From a virus, in IMG/VR virus record IMGVR_UViG_3300019458_000035: a DNA stretch of 64,000 nt. The stretch is one strand, 5' to 3'. Below, one piece after another: positions 8,024-16,726 of the stretch. The position numbers and the translations under genes were made by a program. The notes under the pieces are model-generated. The model had not been told where the DNA came from and made no database searches. It saw only the letters and a program-made list of their open reading frames with translations. How positions within the stretch are numbered: the stretch's first letter is position 1; each line of letters begins with the position of its first letter.

Positions 8024-8344
8024 TTAATCGGCATTTTGTAATTTTTCATGCTCTTCTGCGTGACAATTTGCACACAATAGAACACATTTCTTTAACTCTT
8101 CTTGAACTTTTTCCCAAGAAGGATTGCTTGCCTTTGAGATCTGAAAGTCCTTCTTTGTGGGATCTAAGTGATGAAACGATAAAGCTCGTTTACACCTTGA
8201 ATATCCACAGTTTTGGCACTTACCTCCCATGAACGCTAGTGCCTTTTCCTTTATATTGCGTCTTGCGGTTCTAACCCTACATTTTGCGCAAATATTACGT
8301 TCTTTGTCTTTATGCTCTTTTCCACATGTAGTGCATAACTTCAT
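8024..8344 (-). CDS. HNH endonuclease (small)
   Basis: CTTCGKEHK...CAKCR...CQNCGYSRCKRALSFHHLDPTKK...CANCHAEEH; start set at internal Met to avoid overlap with tRNA at 8349-8422. Confidence 0.6.
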   Translation of the reverse strand: MKLCTTCGKEHKDKERNICAKCRVRTARRNIKEKALAFMGGKCQNCGYSRCKRALSFHHLDPTKKDFQISKASNPSWEKVQEELKKCVLLCANCHAEEHEKLQNAD

Positions 8345-8348
8345 AACT

Positions 8349-8422
8349 TGGCTCCAGGGCAGGGACTCGAACCCCGATATCAGCATTAACAGTGCAGCGT
8401 CCTACCATTAAACGACCCCGGA
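8349..8422 (-). tRNA. tRNA, probably Asn (GUU); anticodon stem has one mismatch
   Basis: Acceptor TCCGGGG/CCCTGGA, G73, anticodon loop CTGTTAA, T-arm CGGGG-TTCGAGT-CCCTG. Confidence 0.5.
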
Positions 8423-8436
8423 ATATAAACTTGGCG

Positions 8437-8495
8437 GGGCATCGCGCGAAAGCGCGATAACCCCATTTTAATTTGGTGGGGCGCTGCAGCGCCCC
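8437..8495. other. two adjacent GC-rich stem-loops (ATCGCGC-GAAA-GCGCGAT and palindrome GGGGCGCTGCAGCGCCCC)
   Basis: Perfect inverted repeats read from the sequence, between the 8649-8894 gene and the tRNA at 8349-8422. Confidence 0.6.
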
Positions 8496-8648
8496 ATATT
8501 AAACGATTTGTTTCGGATTGTACGAGTGTAAGCGGATTCGCGACCTGTTTGTTAGCTTCTATTAAAGAAACTATACAAATGCGCATTGGAGCTTGAGAAA
8601 GCCCTCGAGGATAAGCTATTTGTAAACAGTTGCGCGTTCATGAAAATA

Positions 8649-8894
8649 TTATACCCCATTTTTTAGGACTTCGGTTTCAAAAGGATCATTTGCTGTTATT
8701 TTTGTTATCGAGAGCCCAACGTCTTCTTTTTCAGCACATATGGTCATAACCTTACATGCTGTAAGCCCTCTATTTTTCAGCCATTCTTCAATTTGTTCTC
8801 TGGTGCTCTTGACGCTGATGTAGTCGATATCTACGCCAAAATTAAGTATGATTAGGTCGCCATCTACGATCTGTAGCGTATTTATTCCAATCAC
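8649..8894 (-). CDS. hypothetical protein (81 aa)
   Basis: ORF; 4-nt overlap with upstream gene. Confidence 0.4.
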   Translation of the reverse strand: MIGINTLQIVDGDLIILNFGVDIDYISVKSTREQIEEWLKNRGLTACKVMTICAEKEDVGLSITKITANDPFETEVLKNGV

Positions 8895-9301
8895 ATTAGC
8901 ACCGCTTGTTCAAAGATTTTGGTCATTAAGCCCTCAGCCATCATGGCATACTCTCTGCGAAGGTCTAGCGATTCTTCGTCGTTTAATGCAGTTCTAGAAG
9001 AACCCCAGTGATTGTTGCGATCTTTCCAAGAACGATTGTTCGTGCTGTAGAAGCGAACTTCTTCATCTTGCTTATGTAACAAATCGTACTTCTTGGTGAA
9101 GTGCTCCATCAACTCTTTATTGCGCATGTAGCTGTAGCCTTTGTTGCCTTCAGCATAAGCTTTCCTAAGTGCATCCTCAAGATCCGGAGACGTATCGATG
9201 TCAAGGTCTACAAGGAACGTAGCAATCTCGGCACCCAACTCTTTCTTGAGTGCCCGCTCTTCCTTCATCAGCTTAATTGCTTGCTTGCGCGTCATCGACA
9301 T
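8891..9301 (-). CDS. hypothetical protein (136 aa)
   Basis: ORF; start overlaps stop of upstream small ORF (TAATG). Confidence 0.45.
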   Translation of the reverse strand: MSMTRKQAIKLMKEERALKKELGAEIATFLVDLDIDTSPDLEDALRKAYAEGNKGYSYMRNKELMEHFTKKYDLLHKQDEEVRFYSTNNRSWKDRNNHWGSSRTALNDEESLDLRREYAMMAEGLMTKIFEQAVLM

Positions 9302-9471
9302 TAGAAACTCTTCAATCGTTTACAGTTTTTGCAAGTAACTTTCTTCTTGTTTTCGGTGGTCTTCAATCCATCACCAGAGAAGTGCATCATACCGTTGCAG
9401 CAAAGTTGCGCATAGATGAAACGATAACGTCCACGGAATTCAGACCAGTAGTGAGTCCAATGGACTTTCAT
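9301..9471 (-). CDS. small zinc-ribbon protein (56 aa, below ORF-track cutoff)
   Basis: MKVHWTHYWSEFRGRYRFIYAQLCCNGMMHFSGDGLKTTENKKKVTCKNCKRLKSF; ATGA overlap with Pth2 stop and TAATG overlap with next gene. Confidence 0.35.
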   Translation of the reverse strand: MKVHWTHYWSEFRGRYRFIYAQLCCNGMMHFSGDGLKTTENKKKVTCKNCKRLKSF

Positions 9472-9866
9472 AATAGTGGAAGCCTACCTGTGATGGCGTC
9501 AACCTTGCTAACCTCACATGGGCCAATTGCACAGCATGTTAGAGTTGGAACTCCGTTAAACTCAGTGTGCCCTGCATCCCTGATCAAGCCCGCTGGCAAA
9601 TCAGCGTTGCAAGCATCCTGATAAACCTTCAGGAGCTCAGCTTCGGAATTTACGTAGACGCAAATCTTGGTGAACGCATTGTTCATCCAGTGAGTCATCT
9701 CGGGGGTTGCTTCGAGACGAAACGTCCCACTGCCGTCCTTCGCAAACCCATATTGCTTCATTCGATCAAAGAAGACTTTCATAGAAGCATGCGCAGCTTG
9801 AGCAGCAATTTTGCCCTTACGCATGTTCAAGTCTTTTCGCATAACGATGACTTGTTTTGTATTCAT
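9468..9866 (-). CDS. peptidyl-tRNA hydrolase, PTH2 (archaeal/eukaryotic type)
   Basis: N-terminus QVIVMRKDLNMRKGKIAAQAAHAS matches PTH2 signature (KxVxVVRxDLxMGKGKIAAQCxHA). Confidence 0.7.
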   Translation of the reverse strand: MNTKQVIVMRKDLNMRKGKIAAQAAHASMKVFFDRMKQYGFAKDGSGTFRLEATPEMTHWMNNAFTKICVYVNSEAELLKVYQDACNADLPAGLIRDAGHTEFNGVPTLTCCAIGPCEVSKVDAITGRLPLL

Positions 9867-9880
9867 ATATGTTTTTAGGA

Positions 9881-10195
9881 TCAGGAATTGGCTCTGTCGA
9901 TCGCATCTAGGTAAGTGCTTTCGTTTTGTGCACCTACGATTTGTTCGACTAGTTTTCCGTCTTTGAAGATTAATACCGTGGGAATGCCACGGATGTTGAA
10001 CTCAGCAGCTTTCTCAGAATGGTCGTCGACGTTGATCTTTCCGATCATTGCCTTATCTGAGTGCTCGTTGCTGATCTTTTCGAGGATAGGACCAACCTTG
10101 CGGCAAGGTCCACACCATGGAGCCCAGAAATCTACTAGAACAACTCCGGACGTATTGATTACCGCTTCAAAGTCTTGATCAGTGATTTCACTCAT
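9881..10195 (-). CDS. trxA: thioredoxin
   Basis: 104 aa, canonical WCGPC active site (FWAPWCGPCR), thioredoxin-fold length. Confidence 0.85.
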   Translation of the reverse strand: MSEITDQDFEAVINTSGVVLVDFWAPWCGPCRKVGPILEKISNEHSDKAMIGKINVDDHSEKAAEFNIRGIPTVLIFKDGKLVEQIVGAQNESTYLDAIDRANS

Positions 10196-10366
10196 ACTAG
10201 CTCCTTAAAGTTGCGGTCGGTGGTTGACTGTCAGAACCACTGCTTTGGCACGATTGAGTACTTGGCGCCTGTGCCTAGCTTGATATCCGGGACCAGACAG
10301 CACCATAGTGCACTGTTGCAACAGCATCCCTGCGTGTCGTACATCCACGCCGCGACCGATATTGTG

Positions 10367-10909
10367 TTATACAGAATTGGACTTCTTGCTGTTTTCTGAT
10401 GCAGTTAAGTATTGCAAATTCCATGGTACGTGAAGCCCTTTAACATTCTTACCTTGTAGGGGAATTATGTGGTCTACATGATACCCTTTTGGACAATTAA
10501 GATAAAAACTTTTAATGCATTGCAGTTGATCTTTTGTTAGCCATAAAGGTACTGCATTAAGTTTTGCGGCTCTATATTTTGCATTACGATGTCTAGTCGC
10601 CGCTTTGCCTTTTTCTGACTGTTGATAGTGCTTATTTACTTCACTGACACTGCTTCGCTTTTCGGCGTAGCGCTCACGCTTAGCAGCATTTAGTTTGTTC
10701 TTGTTCACGCGAGCGTAATTGCGTTTCCAAACTATATTGCTTTTGCGCGGGTTAGCTTTAGCCCACTTAATGTTATTTTTTTTATGACAGACTTTACAAA
10801 AACAACAAAGCCCATCTTCAGATCTTTTTCTTTTATAAAAGTCTGTTATGGGTTTCGTATTATTGCATTTATTGCAGATCTTCGTTGTTAATGAAGTTAG
10901 CGAGGTCAT
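10367..10909 (-). CDS. HNH homing endonuclease
   Basis: CNKCNNTK...CCFCKVCHKK zinc finger plus HVDHIIPLQ...N...H HNH core. Confidence 0.6.
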   Translation of the reverse strand: MTSLTSLTTKICNKCNNTKPITDFYKRKRSEDGLCCFCKVCHKKNNIKWAKANPRKSNIVWKRNYARVNKNKLNAAKRERYAEKRSSVSEVNKHYQQSEKGKAATRHRNAKYRAAKLNAVPLWLTKDQLQCIKSFYLNCPKGYHVDHIIPLQGKNVKGLHVPWNLQYLTASENSKKSNSV

Positions 10910-11477
10910 TATAGTGCATATCTTTCAAGAATTTGATTAGCTCTTCGTTGCCAGTTTGCTCGGCTTTCGCTAGAGTCATGGTGTAGAACTCTTCGTTCGA
11001 GACATCACACTTCTTCATGCGCTTCTGCCATGCACGAAGCTTCTTGCCGTCAACGTGGTGACGACCGCGATTTAGGTGTTCAGGCACCATGCGAGTGTTC
11101 GAAGAAGCGTAGCCCTTCGAGTTATTCTTCCTATCAGGAGATAGCTTCTCGCCTGTCTTCTTCTCAGCAGATTGAGTCTGCTTAACAATGGACTTACGAC
11201 TACCTAGCCCGGAACTCTTCTTGTGAGCAGTGCCGTTCTTCCCTTTCTGACGACGAAGAGCATCATCGGCCTTAGTCTGAGCGCGTTGCCAGTGACCTGG
11301 AGTCTTCTTGTCGTGGGCTAGCTTATCAAGGTGCTTACGGCAGCGACCTGATGGGTTGCCCTTATTGGCGCTAGGAGCACCACAGCGTGGGCACTTCTTG
11401 GCCAACTCCTCGACGTATTGAAACTCTTCTGGAGTCAGGGACTTAGCTAGTTCTTCTAGGGTTACAAACTCATCCAT
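10869..11477 (-). CDS. basic zinc-finger protein (202 aa)
   Basis: CPRCGAPS...GRCRKH Cys4 cluster, lysine/arginine-rich middle region. Confidence 0.45.
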   Translation of the reverse strand: MDEFVTLEELAKSLTPEEFQYVEELAKKCPRCGAPSANKGNPSGRCRKHLDKLAHDKKTPGHWQRAQTKADDALRRQKGKNGTAHKKSSGLGSRKSIVKQTQSAEKKTGEKLSPDRKNNSKGYASSNTRMVPEHLNRGRHHVDGKKLRAWQKRMKKCDVSNEEFYTMTLAKAEQTGNEELIKFLKDMHYNDLANFINNEDLQ

Positions 11478-11501
11478 AACCCCATTATACCATTAGGGAC
11501 C

Positions 11502-12149
11502 TTATTTGCCGTGCTTAGCCCAGTACTCTTCGCACTTACAGATATAGCGCGAGGTGGTCATATCTGGGTGATTCTGAGGCAATCCGCCACAGTTCTTACA
11601 GAGTTGGGTAATTGGGTCTGCATGATAGCCCTTGATATGCTGTCTAAGCTTACCTTTACCGCAGATCTCCTCCATCATCTTTACGTACATCTTAGGGGTC
11701 TTGGTCTCTGGCTTCTCAAAGGGAGGTAGGACGATGCCGTCTCCGCCCAGGAGCTCACGTTCGGCTAGAGCTTCAGAGATGTTCTTTAGCTGAGCTTCCG
11801 GAATACCCAACGTGTTGTCCGGAAAACCGATCTCAACGCTAACCTCAAAGATATCCTTCTGTTCGCCTTCATGTTGCCTCGTGTGTGGGTTCCAGGTGCC
11901 ACGATACCAAGACTTCCATCCTTTGATGAGCATCTTAAAAGGAATTGAGGTTCCAGGAAAGAAGTCCTCTAGGTCCTTGCGAATACCTTTGCCCTTGTTC
12001 TTCTCTAACCCAATGTTAGCGATAGAGCGAGATAGGTCATGGAAGAAGGCTAAGATCTCTACGCTTGGCTTCTTGGTGACGTCCTGAATAGTGTACATGA
12101 GGAATCGGTTTAGCGAGAACCTCATCTTGGTTTCAATGTGCTTCTCCAT
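11502..12149 (-). CDS. hypothetical protein, paralog family A (with 14983-15519)
   Basis: Shares RFSLNRFLMYTIQDVTKKPSVEILAFF / FFPGTSIPFKMLIKGW blocks with 14983-15519 product. Confidence 0.5.
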   Translation of the reverse strand: MEKHIETKMRFSLNRFLMYTIQDVTKKPSVEILAFFHDLSRSIANIGLEKNKGKGIRKDLEDFFPGTSIPFKMLIKGWKSWYRGTWNPHTRQHEGEQKDIFEVSVEIGFPDNTLGIPEAQLKNISEALAERELLGGDGIVLPPFEKPETKTPKMYVKMMEEICGKGKLRQHIKGYHADPITQLCKNCGGLPQNHPDMTTSRYICKCEEYWAKHGK

Positions 12150-12405
12150 CTCTTTCCCTCTGTGCGCATACTTCGCAAATTTGGCCCGTTAAGTGGGCAT
12201 CTGCTAGAGCTTCTTCCAGCTCTAAAATCCTGGCGTTTAGGTCTTCAATGTCACCCATCTGCTGGTCAATCTCAAGCGCTTGACTTTCAATTTTGCCCTC
12301 TAAGTTTTGAACATCGTTAGAGAGCTGGGCAATCATTTCTTCTTGGTTCTCAAGCTCAGAGACTACCATCTCTGCGGCTCGCCTAAGTTCGCTATCTTGA
12401 ATCAT
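12133..12405 (-). CDS. coiled-coil protein (90 aa)
   Basis: Heptad-rich acidic sequence. Confidence 0.4.
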   Translation of the reverse strand: MIQDSELRRAAEMVVSELENQEEMIAQLSNDVQNLEGKIESQALEIDQQMGDIEDLNARILELEEALADAHLTGQICEVCAQRERDGEAH

Positions 12406-12850
12406 TGAAATACTTAGCCTCTATATGTTGGACACATACAGTCATTAAGATCATTCCAAGCGTGAGACATAGTCCCAGGCTGTACCCACCAGCTCCAATA
12501 ATCATGCCGATAGCGCTCATCACCCAGATGATAGCTGCCGTAGTCATGCCGTGAACTTTATCAGCATTCTTAAAGATCGCTCCTGCACCTAAGAAACCGA
12601 TGCCAGAGAGGATATATGACATGATGCGAGTTGGGTCAACACCTGGGACTACTTCCCCTACCATGAAAGAGATTGCGGTGAACAGAGTTGCTCCGACACA
12701 GATCAGGATGTTAGTCTTAATCCCTGCAGTCTTATGCTTACGTTCTCGCTCCAACCCTATCAATGCACCGCAAATGGTAGCCGTTAGCACCTTGGGCATA
12801 AAGAACTTAAGCAGCGCTACTGTCCCTAAGGTAGATAACGGATCTAGCAT
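12392..12850 (-). CDS. MgtC/SapB-family membrane protein
   Basis: GALIGLERE motif and 4 TM segments typical of the MgtC N-terminal domain. Confidence 0.65.
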   Translation of the reverse strand: MLDPLSTLGTVALLKFFMPKVLTATICGALIGLERERKHKTAGIKTNILICVGATLFTAISFMVGEVVPGVDPTRIMSYILSGIGFLGAGAIFKNADKVHGMTTAAIIWVMSAIGMIIGAGGYSLGLCLTLGMILMTVCVQHIEAKYFNDSR

Positions 12851-13432
12851 TTAGTACCCGCAGTCGTAGTCTTCGGTGGTGATACCTTTTTTAGTGACGA
12901 TGATGCGAGTGTTCGCGCCCCATTTTTGCTCGAGCGTTTCTTCGATATCGCCAAGGAAGGAGTTGAAGTCGTTGATTTCCTTGACAGCTTTTTGAATCGG
13001 CTTGATCTCGCTGTTGTTAAGGATATCGGTGGTTCGCTCGATGGCATTCTCGATGGAGTCCAGCGAGTGGAAACCTTCGAACTCAGTTTCATCGTCTTCA
13101 TACTCGAACTTGTCGTTCTCATCTTTTGGGAAGAGCTTGCTGTCGAGCTCGTCAACCAGCTGAACCTCAACATCGTTGAGCGTGAACTCACATACGTCCC
13201 CGTCGTTGAAGCCTGGGACGTACTGGGACCAAGAAACTCCCTTGATGTACTCAGAGTTCTTAATGTGTTCTTTCAGAGCCTGAACCACATCGTCAGCAGC
13301 CTTCTTCTTAACCTTAGAGGCTTCCTCAATGGCGTCCTTAGCTTCTTTGCAAACCTTTTTGAAATCAGTAGACATTTGAGTCCTCCACAGTGATAGCGTC
13401 TTTGGTAACCTTAACGATGACGTTACGGCCAA
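12851..13432 (-). CDS. hypothetical protein, paralog family B
   Basis: C-terminus IIVTKKGITTEDYDCGY resembles VIVKVTKDAITVEDSNVY of the neighbouring gene. Confidence 0.5.
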   Translation of the reverse strand: MAVTSSLRLPKTLSLWRTQMSTDFKKVCKEAKDAIEEASKVKKKAADDVVQALKEHIKNSEYIKGVSWSQYVPGFNDGDVCEFTLNDVEVQLVDELDSKLFPKDENDKFEYEDDETEFEGFHSLDSIENAIERTTDILNNSEIKPIQKAVKEINDFNSFLGDIEETLEQKWGANTRIIVTKKGITTEDYDCGY

Positions 13433-13811
13433 ACGCGTCCTCCATCTTACGCTCGCTGATGGAGTTCAAGATCTTGTTTGCGGCCTTGATAGCTTGGGCA
13501 ACATGATCTCCATGTCGCTCCTTGATGCCAAGCCACTGCATGTAGTCGATGTCGTCAAGGGCAACGTAGCGATCGTACTCATCCGGAATGTCCTGGAATA
13601 GAACGCCGAAGTCCTCGACAAACGTACCAACCGGACCATGGTCTTCGTAGTCGTTGTAGTAGAGCTTCCAACGAACCGCCTGAATCTCAGGTACTTCTTT
13701 GAGCAGGGTTCCAAGGCCATCTTTCAGAACGTCAAGAGCGGAGTTGGCACAATACTCAAGCGTGTCAGCAAACCCAACAAGATCAGTCGAAATCGATCTT
13801 TTTTCGTTCAC
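13365..13811 (-). CDS. hypothetical protein, paralog family B
   Basis: Tandem paralog of 12851-13432. Confidence 0.5.
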   Translation of the reverse strand: MNEKRSISTDLVGFADTLEYCANSALDVLKDGLGTLLKEVPEIQAVRWKLYYNDYEDHGPVGTFVEDFGVLFQDIPDEYDRYVALDDIDYMQWLGIKERHGDHVAQAIKAANKILNSISERKMEDAFGRNVIVKVTKDAITVEDSNVY

Positions 13812-14130
13812 GGCGTGGACCTCCTAACCAAGGATAAAAGGGCATTTCTTGCAGATAGTCTTGTAAAGTAGGGATGCGTCCCATGTCGTCGATGACATGC
13901 TGTTCAGCGATGTCACGAACAGAGACCAACCTACCGTCTGAGTTTTCGATGTTGATGCCAAACACCTGTTCGGCGAGATAGATGCCAAAGCTATTATGAA
14001 GGATAGCTCTGTGACGCATGTCGGGGAAGTGGGCTTTGGTTTGATCTAGGAAGTCATGGATCTTTTGGTAATCCTCTTCCTTTCCGCCCCACTTGCGGAC
14101 TGAAACTTTACCGTGCAAAAATGGCTTCAT
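13783..14130 (-). CDS. hypothetical protein (115 aa)
   Basis: ORF; overlaps neighbours by short coupled overlaps. Confidence 0.45.
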   Translation of the reverse strand: MKPFLHGKVSVRKWGGKEEDYQKIHDFLDQTKAHFPDMRHRAILHNSFGIYLAEQVFGINIENSDGRLVSVRDIAEQHVIDDMGRIPTLQDYLQEMPFYPWLGGPRRERKKIDFD

Positions 14131-14180
14131 GATTCACCCCACTATGGCTAAACAAATTAGCACAAAGAGACAGAGCATCG

Positions 14181-14690
14181 TTACTGCGACCACAGCTCTT
14201 CCTCTTCTTCAACCTTCTCTTCTTTCTTCTCGAGGAGAGGATTGGTTTCGGTGGTGTCGTCAACCACGTTGGCAGAGCAAGTATAGTCCTTAGTCTCATC
14301 AAACACGCCGTCAAGCATTGCTTCCGTCACGATGTCCGTGTAGTGGCATTCGATGTAGTCGGTGGTGTTCTCATCCAAGAACTGGATAGCTTTGGTACGA
14401 TCCTTGTGAAGGATGGCAACCTTTGCATGATGCTGATGCTCCATCCACATCACACCAACTTCTTCGCACATCTCAACGAATGAGAAAGGTCCGCGAGCAG
14501 TGGTTGACAAGAACTTCGCTTTGTTGCGATCACCTTGGTTAACTGCCACCAAGAAGTTCTTATCCTTCAGATGACGCAAATCCATCGTTTCGGCTTCGGC
14601 AATGAAGTCTTCACCAGTATTAACTGGAGCGCTCACAGCGGTGGGCACAGGAACACTTACAGGACTTTGATTCTGATTAACACTGGACAT
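14181..14690 (-). CDS. hypothetical protein with acidic C-terminus (169 aa)
   Basis: ORF preceded by conserved CTGAAACTA motif and RBS AAGAGG. Confidence 0.45.
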   Translation of the reverse strand: MSSVNQNQSPVSVPVPTAVSAPVNTGEDFIAEAETMDLRHLKDKNFLVAVNQGDRNKAKFLSTTARGPFSFVEMCEEVGVMWMEHQHHAKVAILHKDRTKAIQFLDENTTDYIECHYTDIVTEAMLDGVFDETKDYTCSANVVDDTTETNPLLEKKEEKVEEEEELWSQ

Positions 14691-14719
14691 ATGAGAATAC
14701 CTCTTGTCAATGATTAGTT

Positions 14720-14986
14720 TCAGGACTGAGTGTCGTCGCCCGTAAGTGCCATCTCAGCCACTCGCTCTTGAATGTTCTTATCGTGGTTACGAACCGCCTC
14801 TGTCAGAGCATCCGACATCCGGGTCACTCGTTCCCAAACCTTGGTTGAAAGCTTGTCCCACTGGTTTACATTAGTCTGAGCTTCCGTGACGATAAGGGTC
14901 TTCAGAAGTTCGTGCTGCCTGTCCAGCTCCTTGTCCATAAGGTCATATAGGTTAATTACTTTAACGCGTGCAGGTTTGTCGCTCAT
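14720..14986 (-). CDS. hypothetical protein (88 aa)
   Basis: Packed ORF. Confidence 0.4.
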   Translation of the reverse strand: MSDKPARVKVINLYDLMDKELDRQHELLKTLIVTEAQTNVNQWDKLSTKVWERVTRMSDALTEAVRNHDKNIQERVAEMALTGDDTQS

Positions 14987-15519
14987 AGCTTCTTCTTCAT
15001 CCCTCTTGGAACCCGAGTTGCCGGCTTCTGGAACAGAGGAAGGTCTTCGCCTTCTGTGAGTCCCAAACCAACTTCGGTGAAGTTAGTGATCATGTCAGCT
15101 ACGTCGCTCATCAGCGGCTTCTTCGGAAAGCTGATAGAGACGGAGACGTCCAACGGCTTACTCCTGTCGGCATTGTATCCACGCAGCGTCTGCCAGCCGG
15201 ACCAAACCTCCAACCTATACGGGATGTCCGTACCAGGATAGAAGTAGTCGAGCCTGCGCTTGAACTGCTGGGCTACACAATGCTTTAAGCCTTCTTCGGT
15301 AAGCGTGGTGGCTGTGGAGTAGAAGTATCCCAAGATATCTTGGGTTGGCTTCTTGGTTATGCTTTGGATGAGAAACATCAGGTTATTATCAACCTGAAAT
15401 GAACCCATCTTAATTCTGATAGGCTTCTGTTCTTCATCACTCATTCGTGTCAGCCTCGGGATCAAGTGGGTGAAGGTACGCTTCAGGATCGGGAGAGCCG
15501 TAAACTCCAGGCTCAGCAT
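14983..15519 (-). CDS. hypothetical protein, paralog family A
   Basis: See 11502-12149. Confidence 0.5.
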   Translation of the reverse strand: MLSLEFTALPILKRTFTHLIPRLTRMSDEEQKPIRIKMGSFQVDNNLMFLIQSITKKPTQDILGYFYSTATTLTEEGLKHCVAQQFKRRLDYFYPGTDIPYRLEVWSGWQTLRGYNADRSKPLDVSVSISFPKKPLMSDVADMITNFTEVGLGLTEGEDLPLFQKPATRVPRGMKKKL

Positions 15520-15769
15520 TATAGGGTAAACTTACCCTATTATAGTAGTTGTCGTCTTCACGAACTCTAACAAAGATGCTGTATCCTTCTCCGTCGTTGG
15601 TGAAGGTGTTCATGCTAGATTCCGTGGTTTCGAGTGCTCTCCCGATAGCGTCGCGCAGTGCAACCAGCGCAGTACGGTCACCTACGATCACCGCGTCATC
15701 ATGAGGATGACTCTGCGAGTAGATATGAAGCTTGCCGTGATACTCTTCTTTCTTAGCCGTCATGTTCAT
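15437..15769 (-). CDS. hypothetical protein (110 aa)
   Basis: ORF overlapping flanking genes by short frames. Confidence 0.4.
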   Translation of the reverse strand: MNMTAKKEEYHGKLHIYSQSHPHDDAVIVGDRTALVALRDAIGRALETTESSMNTFTNDGEGYSIFVRVREDDNYYNRVSLPYNAEPGVYGSPDPEAYLHPLDPEADTNE

Positions 15770-16145
15770 CTCCTGCGTCGCCTACGATTCTCCTGCCTTC
15801 CAAGTTCATGTATGTTCGTTTCTCCATCCATGCTTGGGAAGGTAGGTCGTCAACGTACCATTTAGGTTTACACCTTACTTCATCAACGTATTTCTCAAGT
15901 CCGAGCTTCTTGACAACTTCTTCAGCCCAGCGATATCCGCCTTGAGACCACACAACAACGTATTGTCCGCGTACCTTGAATTGCTTCAGCAATTCGATAT
16001 GCTTGTAGTGCGGGAGTAGGTTCTCTGACACGCCGAAGTTATCGAACACGATGGTCTTGCCATCGTATTCAGCGGGCCAACTCCACATCACCAACGTCTC
16101 ATCGACGTCGAAACAAACTATATTGTCGTTCTCAATAACTTTCAT
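15753..16145 (-). CDS. HAD-superfamily hydrolase-like protein
   Basis: N-terminal CFDVDETL = HAD motif I (DxDxT/V); 130 aa. Confidence 0.5.
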   Translation of the reverse strand: MKVIENDNIVCFDVDETLVMWSWPAEYDGKTIVFDNFGVSENLLPHYKHIELLKQFKVRGQYVVVWSQGGYRWAEEVVKKLGLEKYVDEVRCKPKWYVDDLPSQAWMEKRTYMNLEGRRIVGDAGDEHDG

Positions 16146-16324
16146 GACCGTCTTTCTGGCTTAAAGTTCCAGAGCACCACTAATCCAATCGGCCAGAGAA
16201 GCAACCCGAACAACACGCCTCTTAGGCAAGAGACAAACGAAGCGCCTTTGAAGGTATCGCGGTTGATCGCGCTAGCAGCTAGGTAAACCCCTAGCCCGAT
16301 TAGGAGGTATGGAACAGCAAACAT
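16142..16324 (-). CDS. small membrane protein (60 aa)
   Basis: Two hydrophobic helices. Confidence 0.35.
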   Translation of the reverse strand: MFAVPYLLIGLGVYLAASAINRDTFKGASFVSCLRGVLFGLLLWPIGLVVLWNFKPERRS

Positions 16325-16533
16325 TAGTTACCCCTCAGCTTAATAGGTTCAGACTTCTTGGTGCGGAAAGCGTCGTCTGTTGCCTGTGAGGTGACGATAT
16401 CGTACTCGTCGAGATTGATCTTAGGATAGCCAAGCACCATTGCGAACAAGGTTCCAGGGAACTGCTTTCCTCCGAACACTAGGAACCCAAGCGCTACAAA
16501 CGTTGGGATAAGCATCATCATTAGTAGGACCAT
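16324..16533 (-). CDS. small membrane protein (69 aa)
   Basis: N-terminal TM helix MVLLMMMLIPTFVALGFLVF. Confidence 0.35.
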   Translation of the reverse strand: MVLLMMMLIPTFVALGFLVFGGKQFPGTLFAMVLGYPKINLDEYDIVTSQATDDAFRTKKSEPIKLRGN

Positions 16534-16726
16534 AGTTACTCCAAAACTAGAAGTTCTAATAGCCTAGACTGGATGCGTTCCACTTGCTTGGTGCGCCACT
16601 CCGAGGCTTGATCGAGGTTACGAAGGTGGCGATCCAATAAAAACTGGAGCAATTCCACCTCCGTACACCCACTAATCTCTTCCTCAGATAGATTCGGTAT
16701 TCGCTTGGCTTTCCCGCCCTTGCAGC

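Noticed and set aside
8386-8586. Track ORF 8386-8586(-)
   Set aside because: Runs through the tRNA at 8349-8422 and the two GC hairpins. No RBS.
10195-10367. Possible tRNA in the 170-nt gap upstream of trxA
   Set aside because: Contains a hairpin (GGTGGTT...AACCACT) but no T-loop GTTCRA motif or acceptor pairing.
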